A stretch of DNA of 64,000 bases, taken from positions 19,874,912 to 19,938,911 of the forward strand of contig NC_092675.1 of assembly GCF_964355755.1 (NCBI RefSeq), written 5' to 3'. A model generated the notes under the pieces. The model searched no databases, was not told the origin of the DNA, and worked only from the letters and a program-made list of their open reading frames with translations. Positions within the stretch are counted from its first letter, which is position 1, and every line of letters begins with the position of its first letter. The stretch is from Antedon mediterranea. Taxonomy: Eukaryota > Animalia > Echinodermata. The position numbers were made by a program, and so were the translations under genes. This document shows, one piece after another, positions 13,976 to 26,633 of this stretch.

Positions 13976-15296
13976 AAGTTTTGATATTTCTTAAATTTGA
14001 TTATACTAATGATGGAAAGAAGCATCCCCAAAAAAATTTATTGCTGTTTTTGTTCATTTTATTAAAATGTTTTGGTTCAACTACAAGAGATTTACTGGTT
14101 TCATTACCAAGTTTGAGAAAATCAATATAATTTTTATATGCAATTATAAAAGGTTTATTTATATTATATTTCTTCATTTGGTATTAAGAGATATTAAAAA
14201 TTAATATAAAGAAGGATATTTGCAAAGCAATCTCAAAATGAATAACATCCAACTACCTAAAAGCAATGGGAGTGATTATTATAAATAGGATTATTTTACT
14301 GGTCACCGGCAAACACCTCAAAGTGTTCTACTCCCACAGCTCGCATATAAATAATGAGGAGTTTAAGGAGTCAGATCTGCTGATTATCCGCTCAAAACAG
14401 CCAAGTCGAATATGCCTATTATAAAAATTGTATACAATTTAAAATAGTGATAAATAAAGATAAATTGGAATAAAAATTGACTGGAATTCACAAGTTTTCA
14501 AGGAAGACAGAGTTTATGCTGTCACCCAAATCTATGTTTTCCACCTATAACGCTAAAAAAAAGATGTTATGAAATGAAATATTAATTATATATTATTAAC
14601 ATTTATTGACATACTCAGTTCTAAGGGAATAGAAACAAATTGTGTTCTAAACGGTCCAACTCCACTACAGACAACATGGTATGTTATCAACTGGTATGCA
14701 TTGCAAAGTACCTAAAAATAAAACGTCATCTTGAACTCGGGCTTCGAACGAAAACAAAACTCAAAACCTATACATTTAGGCCTACATCAAGTGAAAGTAG
14801 GTTTTATTAATAATTTAACAGCATTTATCCTGAATACTACAGTACTACAGTATGAGTGAGTTTGGTTGTAGTAAAATTCCACCTAAGCATATTGGTTACA
14901 ACAATTAATCATCCTAATATTATTACTAATTTGTTAAATCAATGATCAGATATGTATAATTATATGCTTACAGTAATATGATGCAGCTTGGTACAGCTGC
15001 CTCTGATTCACTATGTCTATGTAATACAATATACTTGAACCTTTCAAAAGCAATCACATTTTTTGTATAGGTATAAGGCCTGCACTTATCTTGATAGTTG
15101 TACACTAGTAGTAGTAAAACTAGTATGAGATATTTATTTTTTACAAAACCCGTTGCCATCTTTAAAGATATTGTCTGCCCTAAAATTTAAAATGTTTTAA
15201 TATAATAATTTAATGTCACATAATAATAATAATACTGATTCACTTTGATCAAGAATTTGATCGAAAAAAAAATTTACATAATAAACAGTAATTTAA

Positions 15297-15431
15297 AGGA
15301 GTATAGTCAATTTATATTTTTTTATAGGGAAATCATTATTTTGTTACTGGCAACCATGAATAACCATGGAGGTATAAATGACCCTTTTAAAGGAAGTTTT
15401 TTATTTTTCATGTTTTAGGGACAATACTTCT
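15297..15431. mobile_element. Short degenerate Kolobok-like MITE
   Basis: TTAA|AGGAGTATAGTC ... GACAATACTTCT|TTAA; related to the 29004 family. Confidence 0.5.
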
Positions 15432-15897
15432 TTAAAGCCATTGTCATTTAAGAACAATTTTCAGAAAAGATATGTTAATGTTTTTTTCTCCACATTCCGA
15501 ATTAAAATGGGATCAAAAATGTTTGAGTGACCTTTGAACCATAATGATCAATACATTAGAACTGCTTAGTAGACAGTTCCTAATAAGGACATCAACTACA
15601 CAACCTTGTTTATACGATGATATTGTATGATTAATCATAGGTATAGTTCGCTAGTTTGTCTTCTTAACCTGGTTTATTATCAGGTGAGATGCTACTGTAC
15701 AATAAACTTTATACTATCAATCATTTACCTATCACCATAGACTATTAAGATTTTATTTCTGCATAGTACATGAAATATCTACAATATATAATCTACATTA
15801 ATATCTTAATAACATTCATAAAGATTAGTTTGTTCGTCGCTATGAAGTATGGGACTAATACAAAGTGTAGCGACTTTTGATGGTGTGTAGAAAGCGA

Positions 15898-15965
15898 TGA
15901 CCTCGAATTGGACGACCCCAACAACCCTGGCGACCTCGAATTGGACGACCTAGAATTGGACAACC
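15898..15965. repeat. Three copies of a 15-bp GACCTCGAATTGGAC motif, probable transposon subterminal remnant
   Basis: Direct repeats at ~15899, 15932 and 15947 in a CpG-rich patch. Confidence 0.5.
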
Positions 15966-17689
15966 CATAACACGAAACCTACGACACCTATAGCCTAGCC
16001 TAGGTCTAAGTGTGGTATAACGTCCCGAAGCCAAACATAGCCAAAGATCTTTAAACCATACCTTATATAATACTCGTAAGCAAGCAATTGATTGAAAAAA
16101 TACAGAAATATCGCCATTTGATACTGAATGTGTCGACACGAACAAACGAACAGATATGGAAAATTTGCAATTTGACCCCCAAAATAAAATGTCAGATATT
16201 TTTTAATAATGTACTTCTGAAATATGTTCATTTGGAAATAAAATACTGTTTGAATTTTTGTAATGAAAAACCAAAACATGTTTTGGTCAATTACTCAACA
16301 GTAGCATTTTGTAGATAAGCCCTTATCTCAAAGTAAGGCAGAATAGCAATTCTTACTTTATAAAGCCAGCTACAAAGAAGAGATCAGGCTGACAGCATAT
16401 CATTTTGTGCACAATTGCCTAAGCAATTCTGACAACCAGGTGAATTTGACAGACTAACAACTACTGTTAAATATTATACCAGTACAAATCAACTTCAGGT
16501 CCTTGACATGTTGAATACAGGTAATATGTACTAATATGAAATAAAAAATGGTTTTGGTACTGTAGGCTACATGTGTATGTGGATATCAACGATAACGATA
16601 AACCAAAAATGTTATAGGGCTGAGCATACAGTAGCGATATTATAGAGAGTAATGTCTAGAGTGAGCTGAGTAATAACTTTATTATTCTGAAATAATATTG
16701 TGCAAATTAGAAATTACTTAACAATTGTATAAATCATACAAACCAACAGTGGTGTTGGTAGTCTATGCCACTTACAATAAACTGAAAAGTTAAAAGTTCC
16801 TTGAGCACCCCTTCACTTTAATGGACTTTTCCATCAACCACACCCTCACATGGGCATGCTTACAGTATTATTCACTGTATTAGATAATAATTCAGTTAAA
16901 CTACCAAGAATAGAATTTTTAGTGAAATTTTAATGAGTTTAATTTTAGTGACAAAAATTGTATTTAAAAATCAACAATAGAAAGAAAATAATACATTATT
17001 TTCATATTTCACATAAAAACCTCAAAGAATTGCGAATATTATGCCACAATTGTACTTGACAAAGAACAGCTATAATGAGATGAGCAAAATACAGTTAGCC
17101 AGCTGTAACCATAGCAACGAAATTAAACTGATAATCCTGCTTAAGGACATTGGAAACTATGGCAACAAATTTGAAGCTAGACAGCAAACCAAATAAAATA
17201 TCATATTGAAACTTTTTTCTTATTTATTTTATACTACGTCTACAAATTATCTATTGAACATTGGTTAGGCATCTACTTAGATACTTGATTAGGTTCCAAG
17301 TAATAATCAATGATAACAATTGATCTAATGTACTGTACTGTATACACACAGTGTAAAATGCCAGATACAGTATAACTAACTGATACATTTTGGCACCGAC
17401 TACAAGTTAAATTTTGGTAAAACATTTTTTTTTTAAATAGAAAAAAAAATAACCGTGTGAAATAGTAACAAAAATTGGTTAAATTTCAAAGTTTAAAGAT
17501 AAACAGATGTGTTTTTTTTTTAATTCTTCATGATAATCTATTTTTTATGGGTATTACTAAACCGCACAACCCACTTCAAAATACTAAAAATATAAAACTA
17601 TAAATATAAACCGCCCGGTGATATACTAAAATTTAATTAATTAATTTGAAACAATAAAGATGAGGAATTCTGTGAGAATGAGAAAAATT

Positions 17690-17761
17690 CGCCCCAACCG
17701 AGACTCGAACTCGGACCGCCTGCTTGATATGCAGATGTCCTAACCATTAGACCACTGGGGC
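17690..17761 (-). tRNA. tRNA-like unit, anticodon ATC (Asp), element-borne
   Basis: Exact reverse complement of 17949-18020; followed by AATTTTT on the minus strand. Confidence 0.6.
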
Positions 17762-17948
17762 TTTCATGGTATTGTTCGAACTCGATTGGATAACGACTCT
17801 TTAACATTCTCGGCGTGGTACGGCGGAACAGCACTAGTCCTCAGTTGTACGCACGCGCAACAGAGATCAAATTGATACGCCCTCATCTTTCAGTATTTTT
17901 ATTGGACTAGTGCTGTTCCGCCGTACCACGCCATGCAATACCATGAAA

Positions 17949-18020
17949 GCCCCAGTGGTCTAATGGTTAGGACATCTGCATATCAAGCAGGCGGTCCGAG
18001 TTCGAGTCTCGGTTGGGGCG
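17949..18020 (+). tRNA. tRNA-like unit, anticodon ATC (Asp), element-borne
   Basis: 72-nt cloverleaf: acceptor GCCCCAG/TTGGGGC, D stem GTCT/GGAC, anticodon stem TCTGC/GCAGG with loop ATATCAA, T stem CCGAG/CTCGG with loop TTCGAGT, discriminator G; A and B boxes intact; TTTTT 2 nt downstream. Translational function doubtful. Confidence 0.6.
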
Positions 18021-18105
18021 ACTTTTTCTCATTCTCACAGATTTCCTCATCTTTATCGTTTCAAACTATAAATATATATATACTTTTTTTTTTAAATTAG
18101 AGTAA

Positions 18106-19550
18106 CTAGATGGTACGCTCGCTTCGCTCGCGTACCATCTAGGTCGTGCCCACAGATGGTTCTCGAATACATAATAATTTCAGCGTTAAAAAACTGGCGA
18201 TTTCAAATGTACGTAGGCCTACCGCAGGACAATAATACATGTCGTGTACAGGAACGAATAAATAGACACTGTGATTTATGTACTCAACTAAAATTAGCAC
18301 CCTATTACTTCCGAAAGAGAAACTTGTCACAAAATAAGACCAATTGTTTAAGTCAAATTTAAACAAACTTAATTTGTGTTTTGTATGTAACATTAGGGTT
18401 GAGGGATGGGGAAGAGGATGGGTGCAAAGAGGAACAATGTTAAAATATATTCTTTATCCATTTAGTAACGAAATATTAATTGCTTTCATGTTTTACAAAT
18501 AATATACCACTAAACACAGTAAAACATTGCGATGTAATACTTTGTTGAAACTATCACCGTCCTAGTCGATTGAAATAGTACAGCACATGTAACGATACAT
18601 CACTACGACGTGTATATGTTTATATAATGTAAAACAATTTGTGAAAACCACCTCTATTCGGGGAAAATCATAAATTCGATTTAATCGTCAATAAATATTA
18701 AATTATCTAACTCAACTTAATTAGTAGGCCTAATGGTTTTCAATTGTTTCTTAGAGCCAATTCATACTTAAGTTGGTTCCTACCCTACCCACCAAAGTTG
18801 TTCTGCGTTTAGGGCATGTGATGTACCGTAGGCCTATTCTCTACTGGTTTTACAACGCTACTCATGCCAGTGAGGGAAAGGTGATGATGTGGGTGGTTTA
18901 ACTGCAATAATAAAGATTTGTACATAATATACGGCGAGTGAAAACGCTAGCTCATTATCCGTTTAAAAAAAATTATATCCAACCTCTGCAGCACAGATTG
19001 AAAACAAAAATGGATCGAATTTCGAGTATACAGTACTGTACTTGCCTTTACGACGCCTGAGGGAATCGACACTTGTGAAACAGAGATTGGAATGTTCCAT
19101 TCATCGCAAATCAATACATTTGTATAATCGTATATTAAATCTATCAAAATAGTATTTTTTTAAGAAAATCGGCCTGTCTTCAACATTATGATGCTGTACT
19201 CTAGCTGTTCAACCAGTTTTCAGCTATTAAAAACAATTATCGTAGGAGGAGATAGGAAAATGCGAAGCCTCCTCGTATTTTTGTGGCGGGTATTTTTCAA
19301 GATGGACATCCATTAGACAGTGTATACCACGATCGGAAAACACCCCTATTTGGGGCAAATCGTTGAACCTAAATTCGTTTTAATCGTCAATAACTAATTA
19401 CCTAACTCAATTTAATTAGTAAACAGGGTTACATCAGATGGTTAAAATCAGTACCGAAAGTACGAACCAACTTTATATACCATCGAGTAGAAATTCTAGA
19501 AATAAACCGAGATTTACCGAATTTTGCCCTTACGTAAATTTATATATAGA
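18106..19550 (-). mobile_element. Non-autonomous Helitron
   Basis: Minus strand reads A|TCTATATATAAAT...CTAG|T (5'-TC, 3'-CTAG, inserted between A and T); terminal hairpin CTAGATGGTACGC-TCGCTTCGCTC-GCGTACCATCTAG at 18106-18142; internal direct repeat ~18645-18728 / 19338-19420. Confidence 0.75.
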
Positions 19551-20154
19551 TACTTTATTTGTACTGTTCTCGATAAGTTTCCATTTTTAATAATAAAAAT
19601 CCTAAGCGTTAGATAGAATTAACTAACTCTTGAGCTACCACCCACACAAACACTGGTACACTAAATACACACAATTTATTCTAGTCAAGCAACATGTGCA
19701 ATTTTCCATAATAATAATAACAATAGTCTCCACAAATCGATAACAATTTTATACATAATCATTAATATAAATTATAATGTGCTATCAAATTGTTGTGTCT
19801 GTTGAAAATAAATGTCTGATCTTTACAGTCTAATTACTCCCACCCCCTGCTTTGAAAATGACATTATGCAGATGACGCTGCCAACCACAACGATGACAAT
19901 AAATGACACAATACACAGGCTGTCAACTGGCCGTAGCAATCAGCAATAATCAGATCAATGGAACAAACAATACATACGAATGCAAGATCAATGATATCAA
20001 TACCTATTTTATATTATAGTTTTATGACTCAAGGTTGATATAATATTCTATAGAAAAGAAAAGGGTGGTGTCAAGCGACGACAAATGATAATAATTGAAA
20101 ATCGACAGTATTTTCAAGGATCAGAATGTGATGTATAAATTGTGCAATAATTAA

Positions 20155-20577
20155 ATGACAACTTGACCAAGGACCATACTTTAACAACGTATTAGGGATG
20201 TACATAGGATTTTAGAACCATCCCGAGATTAAGGATATCGCCGCACTCCCTCGCTATACAGCCTTCGTCGTAAATTGATGTGACGTCAAAGGTGCATCAC
20301 AAAATTTACGTCATAAGTTTTTTTGGCAAAGTCTGGCAAATCGCGAAAATATCTAGGAAACACCCTTTGTAAATAAATCGTAAAAAATATAAATGTTGAT
20401 TTTGCTTATTGTTTCTTTTGCTTATCTGGACTCATTAAGTAGATTTTGCAATGCACCTGTGACGTCACAGCAATTTACGGCGACGATCAGCGGCGATTTC
20501 CTTAATCTCGCGATTGTTCTGTTCATATGTACATCCCTAATACGTTGTAAAAATATGGTCCTCGGTCAATTTGTCCT
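20155..20577. mobile_element. Kolobok-like MITE with ~100-bp imperfect TIRs
   Basis: TTAA TSD (20151-20154, 20578-20581); A(T/G)GACAA(C/A)TTGACC...ACAACGTATTAGGGATGTACATA...GAGATTAAGGA mirrored at both ends. Confidence 0.8.
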
Positions 20578-20801
20578 TTAATGTTCTTATATTAACATAC
20601 TGTTATTAATAATACCGTTGATTCAACCTAAAAAAATGTTTTCTTCAAATTTTCACAAGTATATTTTACATTTGTCATTATTTTATTTATATTGTTTGTG
20701 ATACCAATGCTGTGTAACTGACAGTCCCATCATTTTTTTACCGTAAAACCTAAATATACAATTTTTTTTAATAAGGATGGTTTTGAAAATATATAAGTAA
20801 T

Positions 20802-22280
20802 TAGGTTATATGCATGATATGCATATAACCTCTTGATTCTGTCAAAATCTTTATTTATTTATTTATTTATTTATTCTTTCCTTAGCACTATTTTGTCCGT
20901 GCATTATCTTGGCATCAGTTTAATCTAGCTAAGTCAAGTTTTCAGAGTATATTCCTCATGGCCAGGAATCGATGTGGTTATATTTTCACGATGCGTAATC
21001 AAAAATTACGCGGTCTACGCGCGATTTTACGAAATCACGTTTGTAATCATATCTTCACAAGCATGAATCACAATTAAACAAAATTTGGTACTCATAAATT
21101 TCAGGTCATATTTCATCATATGGCAATGAAATTACGTGCGTAGCGCATATAACGCTTGCGTACGCGCGCTTAAAATGTTCAAAATTGTCAAAATTTATTT
21201 TCGATGAAATTAGAGTACGTTTCAGGCAATTTTAAGCGTTTAAAAAAATGCCATGAGTGCGCAGATTTTTGCACGCGCACTGCGCGTTAAACGTTAATGC
21301 GCACTCTTTTTGCCCGATTTCTGTTTTACAATCTTTCTTTAATAATATCATCATATTTGATTCAGGTTTCAACTCGAAATTGCGTTATACGAGCACGTCA
21401 AAAGTGACTGGCTACGCACGTATAAGTTAACAAAATGGTGAAAATATGCTAAATTTTAAAATTAATATATATCGTCAGAATGCAGGGGAACACCTATTTT
21501 TTATTTCATTTTCTTGAAGTGTATGTATCATATGTATGATTTATTATCAAATAAAGAGAACTAAAGTTGATTAAGTCATCATTAATTGCATATTAAATTT
21601 TAAAAAAATAATTTCGACAATCAAACAAATTATGACATTTTCTTATGCCAAAATAACAAACTTAACATTAACTTTCTTCCTTCAAAAATTCATATATTAA
21701 AGTTAAAAGTATGTAGTTTGACAGTGCATCATTTGTATACATTTTAAAGATGTCATCATAGTAAAAAATTATAATTCATTTCGGTATGTAATAATCTATT
21801 TGCATCAAAGTGGTTACTGCATAGTAAATACACGGAGGAATTTGTCTACAACTTTTAGTCAGTTGTGTACGGCTCGGTGGTCTGTGCTCGTGTCTATGGC
21901 ATTCAAGGTACCGAGATCGAGTCTCACCTTGGGAAACGAAATAAGATTTTTTTTTTTTATTATCCGTATTGTTTGTTCAAATTTATTTCTTAGTGTATAG
22001 ATTATACACATGATTTATAATGAAATCTAGATAAAAATTAACTTATGTCTTTATTATTATGTAACAACAAATGTGGTTTATGACATTATACGCATATGGA
22101 TCTTTGATCGGATTGTGATACTGGCTATGGTGTTCGCGTTAGCAAGGTCCTATCATATATTATAAATAATTAAAGATTCTGAGAAAATCAATCAATCAAT
22201 ATATCTTTTAAAAATCAATTATCTTGATTTAAATCAATGCATATAACCTATAATTCGTCATAGTGACGAATTAAATCTAG
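20802..22280 (+). mobile_element. Helentron-associated (HINE / DINE-1 / pearl-like) non-autonomous element
   Basis: 5' subTIR AGGTTATATGCAT (20803) with adjacent inverted copy (20819-20831); (TTTA)n at 20850-20876; 3' subTIR ATGCATATAACCT (22237-22249); stem-loop TAATTCGTCA-TAG-TGACGAATTA (22251-22273); ends CTAG next to TT. Confidence 0.75.
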
Positions 22281-22462
22281 TTGTTTATTTGGTATTATAG
22301 ATTTGATACGAACATTAAAATGTGCCATATCTTTTTAATGCAAATGTTGTGAATGGGATTAGTACAATATATATGCATACTTCTTATAGAAATTATATTG
22401 TACACAATCAAAATATTCAGGAAAAATATTTAACATTTTATTTGGTTAATTAATATTAATAA

Positions 22463-22973
22463 TAGGGAGGTTTCGCAACCTTACGAATACGATAACGAAA
22501 ACGGATACATCATACATTTGTGAAACTTTTGAGCTGATCCCCATTTCATATTCGTAAAGCGTATTCGTGTTGACGAATATCACCAGTCATATTCGTAACT
22601 ACAAAACGAGTATAGTTTTTGATCTATTTTGCACATTTTGCATTTGAATCAGGAATGATTCATGATTATAATATAATTATAGATTTATTGAAAATAATTT
22701 ACTAAAGTTATTTTACTAAAATGCCAAGTCAATTTTGATAAATAGCAGTTTATAAAGTCCTCCCTCGCTTTGATGTTACGCTAGGCCTAGGCAGCCAAGC
22801 ACCAAGCAACACGTACCTGCGCTTCGCTCAAATTTACCGCAGTCATATTTTGGACGCGCCTCAATATTTCGTTGCCATGCGAAACAGATTTTTTTATGGC
22901 TTACGAAAACGAATATGTGTACCGGACGTATCCGTTTTCGTTATCGTATTCGTAAGATTGCGAAACCTCTCTA
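22463..22973. mobile_element. MITE with ~46-bp TIRs (TAGGGAGG... family)
   Basis: TAGGGAGGTTTCGCAACCTTACGAATACGATAACGAAAACGGATAC mirrored at ~22928-22973; related TAGGGA ends at ~5851 and ~23705. Confidence 0.8.
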
Positions 22974-23961
22974 ATAACTTTAATATACAGTTTAGTGACA
23001 TCTATTCTGTTGAACATCAGCTTTTCATTGCAGACTAGTAAGATAAAAGCATTTTTTAGAATACTCGTACTTGTATACTAAGGATTTGTTGGTATTTTTA
23101 AAGATATTACGGTATTATATTATTACGAAAAAAAGTGGGTACTGTAGTCTTGTTTTGGGATTATACTGTTATTACACAGGGTGGGATATACAACATTCTG
23201 AATTAATTGCAATATTTTCTAAGTGTGCAATAACAGTGATTAGTAGAATGTTTTAAGACCTTCCATTGTTCCCACTAGGCAGTGCCATTATACCACACTA
23301 ATGAAAGTAATAATGAGTGAATTGAATAGGACTACTCTGTAGGTTGAAATCCAATTAAGATTCCTTTTATCGAGGATGTGGTTTGCATATAAGAACATCC
23401 TTCTTCAAGTAACCAAGGACACGATTCTTGTAGAATACGTAATTAAAATAATATATTAAATTGTTGGTAATAAAATTACTGGAAACCTTCCACTTAATTT
23501 TTTAATTTACCCTTCAATGTGTAGATGGGTTGAGTAAAAGTGCTCATTTTCTAAGGCCAGGGACCAGAGTTTAAAGCCAACAGTAACAAATTTTGGGTTT
23601 TTTGTAACAAAATTCAATTTGCTTCCTGCTGCATTTATACAGCATCTTTGTCTCTACGACTACTGTACATTATTATATGACTTCTTGTCCTCTAGGTCAG
23701 TTAATAGGGACCTCGAGCATCAGGAGGGAATCGTTGGATGACGGCAATTCCCACTAAGCCCCGCCTACTTTTAGACTGCGCATACCCCAATCTCCAGTCC
23801 ACAATTTTCTAGGAGCGATAATATATATTTTGTTTATTCCTTAAAAATACCACAATACAAAATCTAATGCGATTTTTTGTAGCATATGTCTTTATGTCAA
23901 AAATAAACATTTCACTGCTTGCCATAGAACTGTGATTTGTGGAATGTAAGAAGTGCTTAAA

Positions 23962-24117
23962 AGCTCTGTCTACACTATCAAACTAGTTGGGACAAAAAAG
24001 GTGTTCTCAAATAATATGGTATTCATATGCCCTTATATGGCATTGATATGATATCATGATGTTCATAATTTATATCACGTTTTTTGTAACATAAAGTTTG
24101 ATAGTGTAGACAGAGCT
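23962..24117. mobile_element. MITE family AGCTCTGTCTACACTATCAAACT
   Basis: Perfect 23-bp TIR; ~155 bp; six family members in the window. Confidence 0.85.
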
Positions 24118-26309
24118 TATAGAATGGTTATTTGCCAATCGCAAGGCATGAAGAAATAAAACCTAACGCTCCAATAAACACAGACGATCTGTCCACCTGC
24201 CTCCCATCCCTAATATTGACACATGAATCATCATTTTCCCCATTTAATTACTCCATATTTAAAGGTGGGTTCGTTTTATTATCATGTACTGTATTCAGAC
24301 ATCTACAATATTGATATTATACTCAAATTAATCAAACTTAAACCGATGATTCAAAATAGATAATTATAATTAGTGATATCAATTATTTAAATTGAAATGA
24401 CTTAAATTAAGAACTATACTGTACATTTATTGTAATCAACAAAATTACTTTTCACTAAGAAAAATTTGTAATCATATAAGTGGAGTTTTAGTAGAATCAT
24501 CATTAACTTAAAATATATGTAATAAAACTATATGATATTACGCAATTATCTTTACCAGACAAATGGTATATTCGATAAAATACAAGAGTAGAAAGAATAA
24601 TTACTGTACAAATTTAAATTTGTAAAATTAACCGATTCAGTTACCATACCAAATCTAGACAATTGAGAGTACTAAGTAAATAAAAGCTAATTGAAAAATT
24701 CTGCATAAAATGTCAATGTAAAGGTAAAATTAAAGATACAGTATTATGAGCTGTTTTCATTTAGTTTTAATTTTTTTCTTATTAGGACTGAATCTTAAAA
24801 AATTTGTACATAGCAACATCACGAAACCATCATACTTTTGTGTACTTTAAGATCGTTTTTCATAAACCATTATGAAGTGTGTTTACACACAACATGTATG
24901 AGTAAACATGTTCATACTGTAATTAACTTGTGTACATATACAGAAACAACCATGTCCACACAATGATATATTAAAATATGACATGGTTACAGTATGAATT
25001 GGTATAGAATACACCGACATGAATTCTACAATAGTGTTCAATTTCATATTTTCTCTTGACTGTATTGTATGTTATTGATGCTTTACTTATTCTGCAGTTT
25101 CAAAAGGTATTTCCAACATATTCATATAAACAATAAGATAATAAATCAGTTATCAGTCAGGTAGGTTTTTTACCAAATATATTTCTAAAACTTATTAGCT
25201 TAAAACATATTATTTTTATTGATGCAACAATTTATGGTTACAAACTTTTAAAATAGAACAATTCACAATACTGTACATATTTTGCAGAGGTCTCTTTACA
25301 GGAAGAAAATAACTACAGTAGCAAAATAAATATCAGAAGAATGTACTGTATAATATTTGTATTTGCATTGATTTTGTTTATAATGACTATCGTTTCAAAA
25401 AATACATCTAGAGAATTGATGTTGAGCGGTGGCCATTTATAATGTTTATAACGAATGGCGAGTTAGACATTATAATCTCATGAGAGTATGCTACTGACGT
25501 CAATCGAAAATATTATTATTTAAATACATATGATTATTACGACGCATACAAATCAATGTCGCTAATTTATTTATATTTAGTGATAATCATAATGTAAAAC
25601 TAATATTTTTTTATTATTGTGGTAATTTATGAATTATCAACTTTAAATTAACAGGAAAAAAAAATAAGATTTTTAAAAACTATTGCCTGGATATTATACA
25701 GACATCTTAAAGGTAAGAATATGATCTATTCATGCATAATAAATAATAAATTGAATAAATATTGTATCCAAATCCAAATATGGTGTATTAAAATGAACGA
25801 TGTGTCAAGATACACTGTACTGTATCAGTGCATCTGGCTGCTAAAGGTACAGTAAATGTAAATGTATTTAAGTTTAAAACCGACTCTTTCACTGGCTGGT
25901 TGACGTAGTGGTGTGGTCAAGTAGTGGATTGTAGGTTCCATTCATTGGCCGGACATATTTTTTATAGTCTATTGGAGATTTTCACTCACCATCATCTTGA
26001 GGACAGGCTTTGTCTTTTGAAAATTATAATAGGTATGAAAAAAATTGCACTCTCAATACATTCAGAGATGCTGCAGGTGTGCCGTTTGTATTTTGGTGTG
26101 TTGAAGTTTACCAAATTTAAGCTAACTCCTCAAGGGCAATTTAGGAGTGTGTTAGGTGAGTGATCGCACTCGCTCGCCTTAAAATAAAAGACAAGGCCTG
26201 AAAATGTGCATACAATAGTACATTATACATGCTTTTTTATGAATTACCATACCTTTTTAGCAGCTAGACACAACGATAAGGTACCAGTATAAATAAGGAC
26301 TATACTTAC

Positions 26310-26633
26310 CAAGACCTTTCCGATTGTTGTCTGAGCCGATATTAGACCTGCTGCCCAATCCTTGACCTCCGTACCCCAATTCATAGATTCCTCAGAGGTA
26401 GCGGTTTTAGGGTCTGCCACCATCACCCCCTTAACATTTCTGTTTCCATCAGCTGCTTGCTCCTGCCTATTCGCTATACATTGTGCGATAACCTGCACCA
26501 AAGCAATCACCACTATACCACTGATAAATACTCCTAGACTTGAACACAGGAAATACCACCAATACGTTTCGTAGCAGTCTGGTTTTCCACAATTTGTCTC
26601 TTCACACTCTTCTTCCGTTAGATTCTTCATCAT
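26310..26633 (-). CDS. KCNMA1: Slo1/BK calcium-activated K+ channel alpha subunit, first coding exon (N-terminus, S0, S0-S1 loop)
   Basis: YWWYFLCSSLGVFISGIVVI (S0) and WGTEVKDWAAGLISAQTTIGKVL match Slo1 WWAFLASS... and KDWAGVMISAQTLTGRVL; phase-0 donor TTG|GTAAGT at the conserved position; the following intron is ~21.8 kb. Confidence 0.9.

Larger units (their letters stand above)
17609..18062. mobile_element. Fold-back insertion with two divergent tRNA-like units and a 14-bp TSD
   Basis: 130-bp inverted arms 17645-17774 / 17936-18065 (3 mismatches); inner 29-bp perfect IR 17812-17840 / 17904-17932; TSD AAACTATAAATATA at 17595-17608 and 18063-18076; decayed copy at ~49533-49683. Confidence 0.85.

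Noticed and set aside
17949-18020. Ordinary housekeeping tRNA-Asp gene
   Set aside because: ATC anticodon, A32 and A38, and location inside a TSD-flanked repeated element; kept only as a tRNA-like unit.
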